From Gemmatimonadales bacterium (GTDB lineage: Bacteria; Gemmatimonadota; Gemmatimonadetes; Gemmatimonadales; GWC2-71-9): a stretch of DNA of 64,000 nt. The position numbers and the translations under genes are program-made. Location: positions 6,593 through 70,592 of the forward strand of contig DATJJY010000063.1 of assembly GCA_035491895.1 (NCBI GenBank), written 5' to 3'. Below are positions 32,609 through 41,230 of the stretch, piece after piece. Under the pieces are notes generated by a model. That model was not told the DNA's origin. It ran no database searches and saw only the letters and a list, made by a program, of their open reading frames with translations. The first letter of the stretch is position 1. Every line of letters starts with the position of its first letter.

Positions 32609-32719
32609 GCGCCGAATGGGAAGATATGCCAAGGAACGGCGCAAGCCCGGGGTTAGCAAAGCCGGAACCGAACGGAATCCGGCTAGCGCCCAAGCGGGCG
32701 GCGGTTAGGCTACCGGCCT

Positions 32720-33544
32720 ATGGCTCCTGCCGGTGCGTCGTCCATCCCTACCCTGATCGGCGTGCCGTTCGATGCGGCCTCGTCGTTTCGTCGCGGCGCC
32801 GCGGCCGCGCCGGGCGCGATCCGCGCGGCACTCACCTCGCCGGCAGGAAACACCTGGACCGAGGGGATGGTGGACCTGGGCGGGGCGGGAACGCTCGCCG
32901 ATGCGGGCGACGTCGCGGAGCTCGAGGGCGCGAACGCGCGCGCGGCGATCGAGCAGGCGGTGGGGAAGCTCGTGGCATCCGGGGCGCGGCCGATCGTGTT
33001 GGGCGGAGATCACTCGATCACCTATCCGGTCCTGCGCGGGTTGCGGCCGTATCACCCGCACTTGAGCGTGCTGCATATCGACGCCCATCCCGACCTGTAC
33101 GAGGAGTTCGAAGGAGATCGCTTCTCCCATGCCTGTCCATTCGCGCGGGTGCTGGAGGAGCGGCTCACGGACGAGCTGGTGCAGGTGGGGATCCGGACGA
33201 TGACTGGGCACCAGCGGGCCCAGGCCGAGCGCTTCGGTGTGGTGGTGATCGACATGGACGCGTGGACCGAGGGCCGCCGCCCGCGCCTCGCCTATCCCGT
33301 GTACTTGTCGATCGATCTTGACGGCTTCGATCCGGCGCACTGTCCTGGTGTCTCGCATCCCGAGCCGGGCGGGATCACGGTGCGCGACTTCCTCTACATG
33401 CTGCACCGTCTCACCGTGCCGGTCGTCGGCGCCGACGTAGTGGAGCTCAACCCAGCGGTGGATCCGGCGGGGCTGACCGCCCGCGTCGCGGCGAAGCTCG
33501 TCAAGGAAATCGTCGGCCAGATGCACCGCTCCGGCGGACCCTGA
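32720..33544 (+). CDS. arginase/agmatinase/ureohydrolase family protein
   Basis: Family metal-binding motifs GGDHSITYP, HIDAHPDLY and SIDLDGFDP. Substrate (agmatine versus other guanidino compounds) cannot be decided from sequence by eye. Confidence 0.85.
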   Translation: MAPAGASSIPTLIGVPFDAASSFRRGAAAAPGAIRAALTSPAGNTWTEGMVDLGGAGTLADAGDVAELEGANARAAIEQAVGKLVASGARPIVLGGDHSITYPVLRGLRPYHPHLSVLHIDAHPDLYEEFEGDRFSHACPFARVLEERLTDELVQVGIRTMTGHQRAQAERFGVVVIDMDAWTEGRRPRLAYPVYLSIDLDGFDPAHCPGVSHPEPGGITVRDFLYMLHRLTVPVVGADVVELNPAVDPAGLTARVAAKLVKEIVGQMHRSGGP

Positions 33545-33655
33545 CGCCGCGTCGTCGCGCGCCAGGTGCGGATGACTCACCCGGAGGTTAGGGTTGTGAT
33601 CGACCGCGTGATGGTCCGGCGGCCGTCGCCGACCAGACACCAACCCGGGGGGAGC

Positions 33656-34732
33656 TTGCACCGCTTGCCCGTGGCGCGTCTGGCGCTCTCGTGCCTGGCG
33701 TTCGGCTGCACGCACGACCAACCGATGTCCGTCGGCTCGTTCACGCCCAGTGGACCGCGCGGCAGCGTCGTGCCGGTACAGCTTACCTACAACCCCGGTG
33801 AAGATCTCGGCCCCGTCTGGCTCCCCGACGGCAGCGGCTTCTTCTATACCATGGAGCGCCTTGATCGCGACGATAAGGACCGCTGCCTCGTCCTCATGCC
33901 CGCAGGAGGCGGCTCCATCGAGCGGGAAATCTGCGACCGCACTCCCGCGGCGGACGATTCGGTGGATGCCTTCAGTGCAGCCGCGATCGCACCCGACGGC
34001 CGGTTGGTCTACGTCCGGGCAACGGCGTCGCTCGCGGCGGGATGGCCCGTCGCTCCGCACGACGAGCAGCTCGTCCTCGGTACGCTCGCCGATCCCTTCA
34101 CCGTCCGGATGTTGCTGCCGTCGATTCCCTACCCGGCCCCCAGCGGCCGGGTGCATCAGGGGGTGGCGCAGGTACGCTGGCTCGACGACAGCTCGCTCGT
34201 CTATGTCGGCCAGCAGGTGTCGTACCCCGCGGTGTGCATGAGCTGCGTGCTGCGCGACACGCTCGCCTCGGGGCTCGAGGTGGTGCGCCTCGATTTCGGG
34301 TCCAATCCGGTGCTGCGCGTGCTCCCCGGGACGGATCAGGCCTCGTCCGTGACGGTCGCGGGAAGCGACACCCTCTTCTTCACGGTCAACGGGGACACGC
34401 GGATCTTCCGCCTCACCCTCGCCAACGACTCGGTCACCGTGTTCCACGACTTCGGCAGCGGCAACATCGCCCGTGACGTCCAGGCAGATGCCGGCCGCGT
34501 CATCGCCGTCGTCGGTGGGAATGTGTCCTTCACTCCCGATTCCGTGGTAGGCGGCATACAGCGCGACAGCGGCGGGACGATCGTCCTGGTAGATCCGGCG
34601 AGCGGCAACGAGACGCCGATCGCAGCGGGAGCGTTTTTCCGCCACCCGGCACTTTCCCCCGACGGGCAGCGCATCGTGGCCGAATCCTATACCGGCCGGT
34701 CCACCGATCTCTGGCTTCTGGAGACCCCGTGA
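33656..34732 (+). CDS. PD40/TolB-like beta-propeller lipoprotein (putative)
   Basis: The start is set at TTG 33656, preceded by GGGGGGAG, giving (M)HRLPVARLALSCLAFGC (lipobox-like). Repeats: WLPDGSGFFYT, IAPDGRLVYV, LSPDGQRIVAES. The track ORF begins at GTG 33566. Confidence 0.55.
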   Translation: MHRLPVARLALSCLAFGCTHDQPMSVGSFTPSGPRGSVVPVQLTYNPGEDLGPVWLPDGSGFFYTMERLDRDDKDRCLVLMPAGGGSIEREICDRTPAADDSVDAFSAAAIAPDGRLVYVRATASLAAGWPVAPHDEQLVLGTLADPFTVRMLLPSIPYPAPSGRVHQGVAQVRWLDDSSLVYVGQQVSYPAVCMSCVLRDTLASGLEVVRLDFGSNPVLRVLPGTDQASSVTVAGSDTLFFTVNGDTRIFRLTLANDSVTVFHDFGSGNIARDVQADAGRVIAVVGGNVSFTPDSVVGGIQRDSGGTIVLVDPASGNETPIAAGAFFRHPALSPDGQRIVAESYTGRSTDLWLLETP

Positions 34733-37659
34733 TGAGTAAACCGCGCGGTGCCGTCGTCCAGTGTTCCGCGACTGAAGTCGCGGCTCGGCGCTTCGCGACG
34801 AGCCATGAATGGCTGCCTGCGCCATGCGTCTTTCAAGACGCGTCGCCGCAGGCGCCGAGCCGCGAGTTTACTCGCGGTATCCGAGGCGTGACGGTCGCCC
34901 TCTGCGCACTCGTTCTTCTTACTGGACCCCTCGCCGCCCAGACCGGCGGTGCGATCGCGGGCCGCGTGCACGATGCCGCCTCTTCGCTCAGCATCCCCGG
35001 CGCATTGGTCTCGGTCGACAATGGGCGACAGGGTGCGGCGACCGACACCGGGGGTTTCTACCGCGTGCGCGAGGTGCGCAGCGGATGGCACCGCGTCCAG
35101 ATCGCCCGGATCGGGTATCGCCCGGTGGTCTACGACAGCGTCCTGGTGCGCAGCGGCGAGACGGTCACGCTGAATGTCACGCTCACGGAGCTGGCGCTGC
35201 AGGTCGAGTCGATCGCCGTGACAGCGACGCCCGACCGCGTGCTCGATCCGATGGTCCCGCAGGATCTGCAGCGCGTGACGGGTGAAGAGATCCGCAAGCT
35301 TCCCGTCACCACCATCGCCGAGGCCGTGGCGCTGTCGGCGGGTGCGGTGGGGGAGAGCTATCGCGGCGGCCGGCTCGGCGAGCAGGCGTTCGTGCTCGAC
35401 GGCATCGGCGTCAAGAACCAGCTCGACGCCTCGACCGGCTCGATCGGCCTGCGCATCCCCCCCGACATGCTCACCGAGGCATCGCTCGTCACCAACGGCT
35501 TTTCGGCCCGCTACGGACAGGCGATCTCGGGTCTCATCAACGTCGTGACCAAGGACGGCGGCGACCGCTGGGAAGGGCGCTCGGCGCTCGAGACCGATCG
35601 CCCGCTGCCGCAGGGGTGGGACCACGGCATCGACCGGCTCGTGGTGGCGGGCTCAGGCCCCCTGACGAAAGGCATCGGTGTCGTGGGGGTGCTCGACGCC
35701 GAGGGGCGGCTCGATGCCGATCCGGTGAACGCGCCGCCGCCTCCGGACGCACACGATCCCCGCAATCAGAACCCCTATCTGCTGCCGCACAACAGCGGTG
35801 AGCGCTACGACGCCGGACTCAAGTTCACCGTCCCGCTCGGGAGCCGGCAGACGGTGCGGCTCTTCGGGCTCCAGTCGATCGATCAGCAGCTGCTGTTCGA
35901 TCCGGCGTTCAAGTACGCCCCGGCGTTCGGTCCGGCGCGGCGGGTGCGCGCCTCACTCTTCACCGGTCAGATCCAGCACACCTCCGGGCCCGACGCGGTG
36001 AACCCGCTCACCGTCGATCTGCGACTGGGCTACTTTGACCGCAGCTTCTTCCGAGGCGCGCTCCAGGATCAACCGAAGCTCGAGGTCGGCGGCTTTACGT
36101 TCTCGACGTTCCGCTTCCTGGGTCAGGACCTGGCGCAGCGGATGGACACGATCGCGGCGCGCGGGGCGGTCCCCGGATTCGTCGCCCCCGATTTCAGCGA
36201 CCGGTCTCCCTGGGGCGTGCCGGGCTTTTTTCTGGGCGACGGGTCGCGCGGGGAGATTTCCTGGAACCGTTTCCGCGAGCTGCGCGGCAAGCTCGACCTG
36301 ACGCTCGGCGCGGGTCGGGACGCCGATTTCTACCTCGGCGGGGAAGTCGCGGGACAGCACGTCCAGACGTTCCAGCGCGTGTTCGCATACCTGCCGGTGG
36401 ACAGCACCGTCCCGCCACCAACGGCGTCCGATTTCAAACCGGTGAGCGCCGCGGCGTACGCCGAGACGCAGCTGCGGGTGCAGGACCTTGCGTTCACGAT
36501 CGGACTGCGCTACGACCAGTTCGACGGCCGGGTGCCGCCGGCCATCGGCGGGAAGCGGTTCGGCGCGCAGCGTTCGATCAACCCGCGTCTCGCCGTGTCG
36601 ACGGTGTTGAAGGGCGCCACCTTCGTGGCCAGCTGGGGACGGTTCAGCCAGGCGCCGGACTTCCAGTATCTCGTGGATGCGGCGTTCGACGACACGACGC
36701 GCACCGGTCGCTTCCGCGAGGGCAACCCTTCGCTCGGCTTCGAGAGCGCGACGCAGTACGAGTTCTCGCTGCGCCTCAGGCCCACCGACATCACGTCGGT
36801 GCGGACCAACCTCTACGTCAAGCGGCTCGACGGGCTGGTCGCGTCGGTGCCGCTCGGCCTCGACCCCGATTCGACGATCTTCGGCAACGCCGACTTCGGT
36901 ACCGTCAAAGGGGTGGAGCTGATCTTCGAGAAGGAGATGACACACGGCTGGGCGATGCGCGTCGCGTACACGCTGCAGACGGCCACGGCGACCGCGACCA
37001 ACGCATTCCAGCTGTTGCGGCGCATCCGCTTCGACACGCTCACGGGCGACACGATCAACCCGGCACGCGTCGAGTTTCCGCTCGACTACGACCGGCGCCA
37101 CAGCGTGACGGTCATCGGCCAGGCCAGAGTGAGCGACGGGGCGGGGCCTAGGGCTTTCGGGCAGTATGTCTTCGGGGGACTCGAGGCGGCGGCGATCTTC
37201 CACTTCGGGTCGGGGCTGCCGTATTCCCGCACCAACACCGGCGGGGACACGCTGATCGGGCTGCCGAACAGCGCGCGGCTGCCGCCCGAATACTCACTCG
37301 ACGCGCTGCTGCGCCGTCCGATTCGCGTAATGGGCTTGAATGGCGGTGTCTACGTGGACGCGCGCAACCTCCTGAACCGCCGCAACACCGTGTCGGTACG
37401 ACGCGATACCGGGCAACCCACGCTCACGAACGCCACGTTGCAGGCGATCGCCCTTGCGGCCTATCAGGCGCATCCGGAGCCGATCCCGTACGAATCGCCG
37501 CGCTACCGGCTGTGGGCCGATCTCGACGGGAATGGATTGATCGAAGGGCAGGGAGAGCTCTTGCCGCTGTACTTCGCCGCGGCGCGCGACTTTGCGCAAC
37601 CGCTATTCTATTACGGGCCGCCGCGGGTCGTGCGTCTGGGCGTGGAGCTGACCTTCTAA
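34729..37659 (+). CDS. TonB-dependent receptor with N-terminal CarboxypepD_reg domain
   Basis: CarboxypepD_reg stretch: GAIAGRVHDAASSLSIPGALVSV...GFYRVREVRSGWHRV. A plug region follows (RVTGEEIRKLPVTTIAEAV...VLDGIGV), then a long barrel ending VVRLGVELTF. The signal peptide (VTVALCALVLLTGPLAAQ) lies about 55 codons after GTG 34729, so the true start may be GTG 34888. Confidence 0.85.
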   Translation: MMSKPRGAVVQCSATEVAARRFATSHEWLPAPCVFQDASPQAPSREFTRGIRGVTVALCALVLLTGPLAAQTGGAIAGRVHDAASSLSIPGALVSVDNGRQGAATDTGGFYRVREVRSGWHRVQIARIGYRPVVYDSVLVRSGETVTLNVTLTELALQVESIAVTATPDRVLDPMVPQDLQRVTGEEIRKLPVTTIAEAVALSAGAVGESYRGGRLGEQAFVLDGIGVKNQLDASTGSIGLRIPPDMLTEASLVTNGFSARYGQAISGLINVVTKDGGDRWEGRSALETDRPLPQGWDHGIDRLVVAGSGPLTKGIGVVGVLDAEGRLDADPVNAPPPPDAHDPRNQNPYLLPHNSGERYDAGLKFTVPLGSRQTVRLFGLQSIDQQLLFDPAFKYAPAFGPARRVRASLFTGQIQHTSGPDAVNPLTVDLRLGYFDRSFFRGALQDQPKLEVGGFTFSTFRFLGQDLAQRMDTIAARGAVPGFVAPDFSDRSPWGVPGFFLGDGSRGEISWNRFRELRGKLDLTLGAGRDADFYLGGEVAGQHVQTFQRVFAYLPVDSTVPPPTASDFKPVSAAAYAETQLRVQDLAFTIGLRYDQFDGRVPPAIGGKRFGAQRSINPRLAVSTVLKGATFVASWGRFSQAPDFQYLVDAAFDDTTRTGRFREGNPSLGFESATQYEFSLRLRPTDITSVRTNLYVKRLDGLVASVPLGLDPDSTIFGNADFGTVKGVELIFEKEMTHGWAMRVAYTLQTATATATNAFQLLRRIRFDTLTGDTINPARVEFPLDYDRRHSVTVIGQARVSDGAGPRAFGQYVFGGLEAAAIFHFGSGLPYSRTNTGGDTLIGLPNSARLPPEYSLDALLRRPIRVMGLNGGVYVDARNLLNRRNTVSVRRDTGQPTLTNATLQAIALAAYQAHPEPIPYESPRYRLWADLDGNGLIEGQGELLPLYFAAARDFAQPLFYYGPPRVVRLGVELTF

Positions 37660-38096
37660 GTACCTCGCAAACCGACGCGCAGCTCGTCCCAGGCGATGCG
37701 GCCGCTCTGGATCGCATCGCGCACCGCGCGCTCTCGGGGAGTGAGAGCCGCCGCCCCGGTCTTCACCTCCAGAAACACCACCCGCTCGAGTGCGCCCGCG
37801 TCCATTCCGTCGAATACCACGAAGTCCACGGGACTCCCCAGAAAACGGGCATCCTTCGGGTTGTAGCCGAACCCCGGCAGGTACGGCACGAGCTGCTCGG
37901 AGACCTTCCCGACGGTGACCGCCAGGCTCTTTGCCACCGCATCGGCCCGAATGGCGCTCGCGTGCTTCGCGCGCCAGACGATGAACGCCAGGAGTCCGAT
38001 CAGCAATCCGATCGCCAGCCCGAACGCGGCCCCGACGAGCGTGTCGATCAAGCGTGCTGCGCCCAGGACGTCTCCCCCGGCTTGTACGGCGCGCAC
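37656..38096 (-). CDS. membrane-anchored Holliday-junction-resolvase-like endonuclease family protein
   Basis: TM helix LIDTLVGAAFGLAIGLLIGLLAFIVW. The next stretch, GKVSEQLVPYLPGFGYNPKDARFLGSPVDFVVFDG...VVFLEVKTGAAALTPRERAVRDAI, matches my memory of the Endonuc_Holl / COG4741 family. An alternative start, TTG 38051, would form a TTGA overlap with the upstream stop. Confidence 0.65.
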   Translation of the reverse strand: MRAVQAGGDVLGAARLIDTLVGAAFGLAIGLLIGLLAFIVWRAKHASAIRADAVAKSLAVTVGKVSEQLVPYLPGFGYNPKDARFLGSPVDFVVFDGMDAGALERVVFLEVKTGAAALTPRERAVRDAIQSGRIAWDELRVGLRGT

Positions 38097-38677
38097 GGAT
38101 CGAACCGCGCCGGCGTTTCGAGATAACGCATCGCTTTCGTGTAGCCGATCTCCGAAGTGAAGTAGCCGAGCAGTGTCAGCTCTTTCATCATGCGGAAGTA
38201 GTGTGGTGGAGTGTCGGGCGCAGGAGCCGCATCAGTGGCCGCTGCCTGCTTGGCGGCGCGGTCGTCCATGTACGCCTTCTGCTCCTTGTCGATTTGGTCG
38301 AGCAGAGCCAGACGCTGTGCCGGCGTCACCGCCATGAATCCCGTCTTGTACAGCTGGCGGCACGCCGTGTCGAGCTGCTGCATCCCGTTGCGAAATACCT
38401 GCTGATCGCGATCGCTGTAGGTGTCCGTGACCATCAGCGCCAGAAAGGCTCCCACCTGCGCCGCCTTCGCCCCCGGAGTGGATGTTTCGGGGAGGATGGT
38501 CTCCGCGATCTCGTCGAGATAGGTGATGTCACTGGGAGTGAAGGAGGTGGCGGCAGCAGCACGACCGGCGCTGCGGTCCCTGCCGCAGGCATCGAGCAGG
38601 GCGGTTTCCGAGACGAGCGCGATCCCGCCGAGCAGCGCGCTCACCCGCCGGATCGCTTCGCGACGATCAATACTCAT
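38048..38677 (-). CDS. gluconate 2-dehydrogenase subunit 3 family protein (Tat-exported)
   Basis: The twin-arginine leader is MSIDRREAIRRVSALLGGIALVS. The conserved end is LTLLGYFTSEIG. It lies directly downstream of a GMC flavoprotein, which is the usual pairing. Confidence 0.85.
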   Translation of the reverse strand: MSIDRREAIRRVSALLGGIALVSETALLDACGRDRSAGRAAAATSFTPSDITYLDEIAETILPETSTPGAKAAQVGAFLALMVTDTYSDRDQQVFRNGMQQLDTACRQLYKTGFMAVTPAQRLALLDQIDKEQKAYMDDRAAKQAAATDAAPAPDTPPHYFRMMKELTLLGYFTSEIGYTKAMRYLETPARFDPCAPYKPGETSWAQHA

Positions 38678-38695
38678 TATGCCTCCGCACGACGT

Positions 38696-40408
38696 CTAGA
38701 GGTTATTGCGCTTCATCTCGTTCACGGCGTAATCCGCCGCGCGCGCGGTGAGCGCCATATAGGTCAGGGACGGATTGGGGCATGCCGTCGACACCATGCA
38801 GGAGCCATCGGTGACGAACACGTTCTGGGCGTCCCACACCTGGTTGTGGCTGTTGAGGACTGACGTCTTCGGGTCGCGGCCCATCCGCGCCGTGCCCATC
38901 TCGTGGATCCCCATGCCCGGGAAGTAGCCGTTGTCGTAGGTCCGGACATTCTTGACGCCGCATGCCGTGAGCGTCTCGGCCATGTCGTTCTTCATGTCAT
39001 CGCGCATGAGATGCTCGTTCTCGCCGGTGGCGCAATCGATCGCGAGCACGGGCAGTCCCCACTTGTCCACCTTCGTCCTGTCGAGCGTGACTTTGTTGTC
39101 GTGATTCGGCAACATCTCGCCGAACGCGGTGCCGCCGATCGTCCATTTCCCCGGCTGCGCCGCCGTGTCCTTGTACGCCGCCCCCACCCCCAGCTCGGCC
39201 ACCGCCCGCGACCAGCCTTCGCGCGACGCGCCGCCCTGGTAACCGAAGCCGCGCAGATACGGCCGCTTGTCGCCGAGCAGGTTGCGGTAGCGCGGAATGT
39301 AGAATCCGGTCGGGCGCCGCCCGAAGTAGTACTTCGCGTCGAGCCCAGGCTCCTCGATGTCGCCCGACGCGCCGGCGCGGAAATGGTGGTCCATGAGGTT
39401 GTGGCCCAGCTCCCCCGAGCTCGACCCCAGCCCCTCGGGCCAGACATCGGTCGCCGAGCGCAGCAGCAGCCAGGTCGAGTTCAACGTCGACGCGCAGAGG
39501 AAGATGATGCGCGCCGTGTACTCGGTGGTCTTGTTGGTCATGGCGTCCATCACCCGGACGCCTGTCGCGCGCTTGTTGTCCTTGTCGTAGAGGATCTCCG
39601 TGACGATGGCGAACGGCGTGAGCGTCAGCCGGCCTGTGGCCATCGCTGCCGGCAGCGTGGAGGACTGTGTGCTGAAGTAGCCGCCGAACGGACACCCTAG
39701 CCAACAGGCGTTGCGGTACTGGCATTGGGTTCGTCCCGGCAGGGGCTTGGTGAGATTCGCCGTGCGGCCCGGGATGATGCGGCGGCGCCCGCCGAACTGC
39801 CGCTTCAGCCTTCCCGCGATGAGGTCCTCGCCGCAGTTGAGCGGCATCGCAGGTTGGAACTGGCCGTCGGGGAGCTGCGGCATTTTCTCGAGCGAGCCCG
39901 AGATGCCGGCGTGCCGCTCGGCGTGATCGTACCAGGGAGCGATGTCGGCGTAGCGAATCGGCCAGTCGACCGCGATGCCTTCTCTGAGATTCGCCTCGAA
40001 GTCGAAATCGCTCCAGCGGTAACTCTGGCGGCCCCACATGAGCGAGCGGCCGCCCACATGGTAGCCGCGGAACCAGTCGAAGCGTTTGATCTCGGTATAG
40101 GGCGAGTCTTTGTCGGATGCCCACCAGTCGAGGTTCTTCTCGTTGAGGGGGTAGTCCCGCTTCAGCACCGGGTACGCCTCTTCCATCGCCCTCGTATGGC
40201 CGCCGCGGTGCGGGTACTCCCAGGGCGCCTTGGTCGCGTTGACGTAGTCCTTGATGTGCTCGATGTTCTTGCCCCGCTCGAGCATCAGGACCTGCAGCCC
40301 TTTCTCGGTGAGCTCCTTCGCGGCCCAGCCGCCGGAGATCCCCGATCCCACCACAATCGCGTCATATGTACGAGACTGCACCGTGCCCTCCAAAGAGTTG
40401 GCACTCAA
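38696..40408 (-). CDS. GMC family FAD-dependent oxidoreductase
   Basis: The N-terminal FAD-binding motif is YDAIVVGSGISGGWAAKELTEKGLQVLMLERG. Its length (570 aa) and pairing with the subunit-3 gene fit membrane-associated sugar dehydrogenases. Confidence 0.9.
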   Translation of the reverse strand: MSANSLEGTVQSRTYDAIVVGSGISGGWAAKELTEKGLQVLMLERGKNIEHIKDYVNATKAPWEYPHRGGHTRAMEEAYPVLKRDYPLNEKNLDWWASDKDSPYTEIKRFDWFRGYHVGGRSLMWGRQSYRWSDFDFEANLREGIAVDWPIRYADIAPWYDHAERHAGISGSLEKMPQLPDGQFQPAMPLNCGEDLIAGRLKRQFGGRRRIIPGRTANLTKPLPGRTQCQYRNACWLGCPFGGYFSTQSSTLPAAMATGRLTLTPFAIVTEILYDKDNKRATGVRVMDAMTNKTTEYTARIIFLCASTLNSTWLLLRSATDVWPEGLGSSSGELGHNLMDHHFRAGASGDIEEPGLDAKYYFGRRPTGFYIPRYRNLLGDKRPYLRGFGYQGGASREGWSRAVAELGVGAAYKDTAAQPGKWTIGGTAFGEMLPNHDNKVTLDRTKVDKWGLPVLAIDCATGENEHLMRDDMKNDMAETLTACGVKNVRTYDNGYFPGMGIHEMGTARMGRDPKTSVLNSHNQVWDAQNVFVTDGSCMVSTACPNPSLTYMALTARAADYAVNEMKRNNL

Positions 40409-40445
40409 GTATGCTGCCGTTGGTCATAGTCTATCAATGCTCGTC

Positions 40446-40522
40446 GGCGAGTCCGTCTCCGGGCTCGACTCCCCAACAACCGCCCCGCCACCCCCCCGGA
40501 GTCGCCCTCCGACGGACTCGCC
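40446..40522 (-). other. extended stem-loop with C-rich (G-rich on the transcribed strand) loop
   Basis: GGCGAGTCCGTC (40446-40457) pairs perfectly with GACGGACTCGCC (40511-40522). The inner pair is CGACTCC (40466-40472) with GGAGTCG (40498-40504). The loop is ccaacaaccgccccgccaccccccc. It lies between the cyclase stop (40547) and the GMC start (40408). Confidence 0.5.
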
Positions 40523-40546
40523 GCCTCGCGTTGCAACGCCCGCGGT

Positions 40547-41203
40547 CTATTCGACTCGAGCGAACGCACGAACGGGGAACGACCCCATCCCGCGCACCTT
40601 CACCGGGACGGCGAAGAACCTGAAGGCCTTGTCGGGCAGGCGCTCGAGGCCCGTGAGATGCTCGACGATCGTCACGCGGGCGCCGAGCAGGATCGTGTGG
40701 GCGGGTCTCGTGCCATCAGCGGTGTCGTCGATGTTGAGCGAATCGATCCCCACGAGCACCGCACCCTGATGCACGAGATACTCCGCAGCGTCACTCGTGA
40801 CGTACGGGTTTCCCGTGCCGTAGGCGGGCGACCCCCAGTGCCGATCCCACCCGGTATGGATCAGCACCGCGCGACCCTCCACCGAAATGCCCGCGAACGC
40901 GTCGCGGTCCACGACGCGGCCCATCCCCACGCGGCGGATCACGACGCCATCGAGATCGGCGAGTGTTTCGAGCGGCAAATCGGCGAGGTCCGCGCCGTCG
41001 GCGTACCGGTGCCACGGCGCATCGACGTATGTCCCCGTGTTCGCGATCATCTCGATCTTGCCGATCTGAAATTCCGTCCCCGGGGCGTAGCGGGAATGCG
41101 ATGCCGCCCGGCTCAGATGATCGCTGATGACAGGGGCAGGGAGACCGGGGTATGTCACCATCCCGGCAGCGACGACGTGACTCAAGTCGATGAGACGGCT
41201 CAC
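40547..41203 (-). CDS. cyclase family protein (kynurenine formamidase/isatin hydrolase fold)
   Basis: GTG start. The N-terminus is MSRLIDLSHVV...YPG. The motif region is ANTGTYVDAPWH, and later GIDSLNIDD...RPAHTILLG. The first motif deviates from the canonical HxGTHxDxPxH (see finding). Confidence 0.8.
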   Translation of the reverse strand: MSRLIDLSHVVAAGMVTYPGLPAPVISDHLSRAASHSRYAPGTEFQIGKIEMIANTGTYVDAPWHRYADGADLADLPLETLADLDGVVIRRVGMGRVVDRDAFAGISVEGRAVLIHTGWDRHWGSPAYGTGNPYVTSDAAEYLVHQGAVLVGIDSLNIDDTADGTRPAHTILLGARVTIVEHLTGLERLPDKAFRFFAVPVKVRGMGSFPVRAFARVE

Positions 41204-41230
41204 CTCTTACCTCTCACCCCTCACGCCTCT
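41202..41230. repeat. second copy of the 29-nt CCTCTTACCTCTCACC-type arm
   Basis: 41202-41230 (acctcttacctctcaccCctcacgcctct) matches 27305-27333 with one mismatch (compared by hand). No complementary arm is nearby. It spans the 3' end of the DMT gene, its TAA stop, and the GTG start of the cyclase gene. Confidence 0.75.

Noticed and set aside
32705-34825. 706-aa minus-strand ORF spanning the agmatinase and PD40-lipoprotein genes
   Set aside because: It runs antisense to two genes with clear family motifs. It is extremely Arg/Gly/His/Pro-rich with no recognisable domain, which is the typical shadow ORF of high-G+C DNA.
27305-41230. Possible mobile element (MITE/IS) bounded by the two copies of the 29-nt repeat
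   Set aside because: The copies are 14 kb apart in the same orientation. Ordinary housekeeping genes lie between them. No transposase, integrase or target-site duplication was seen.
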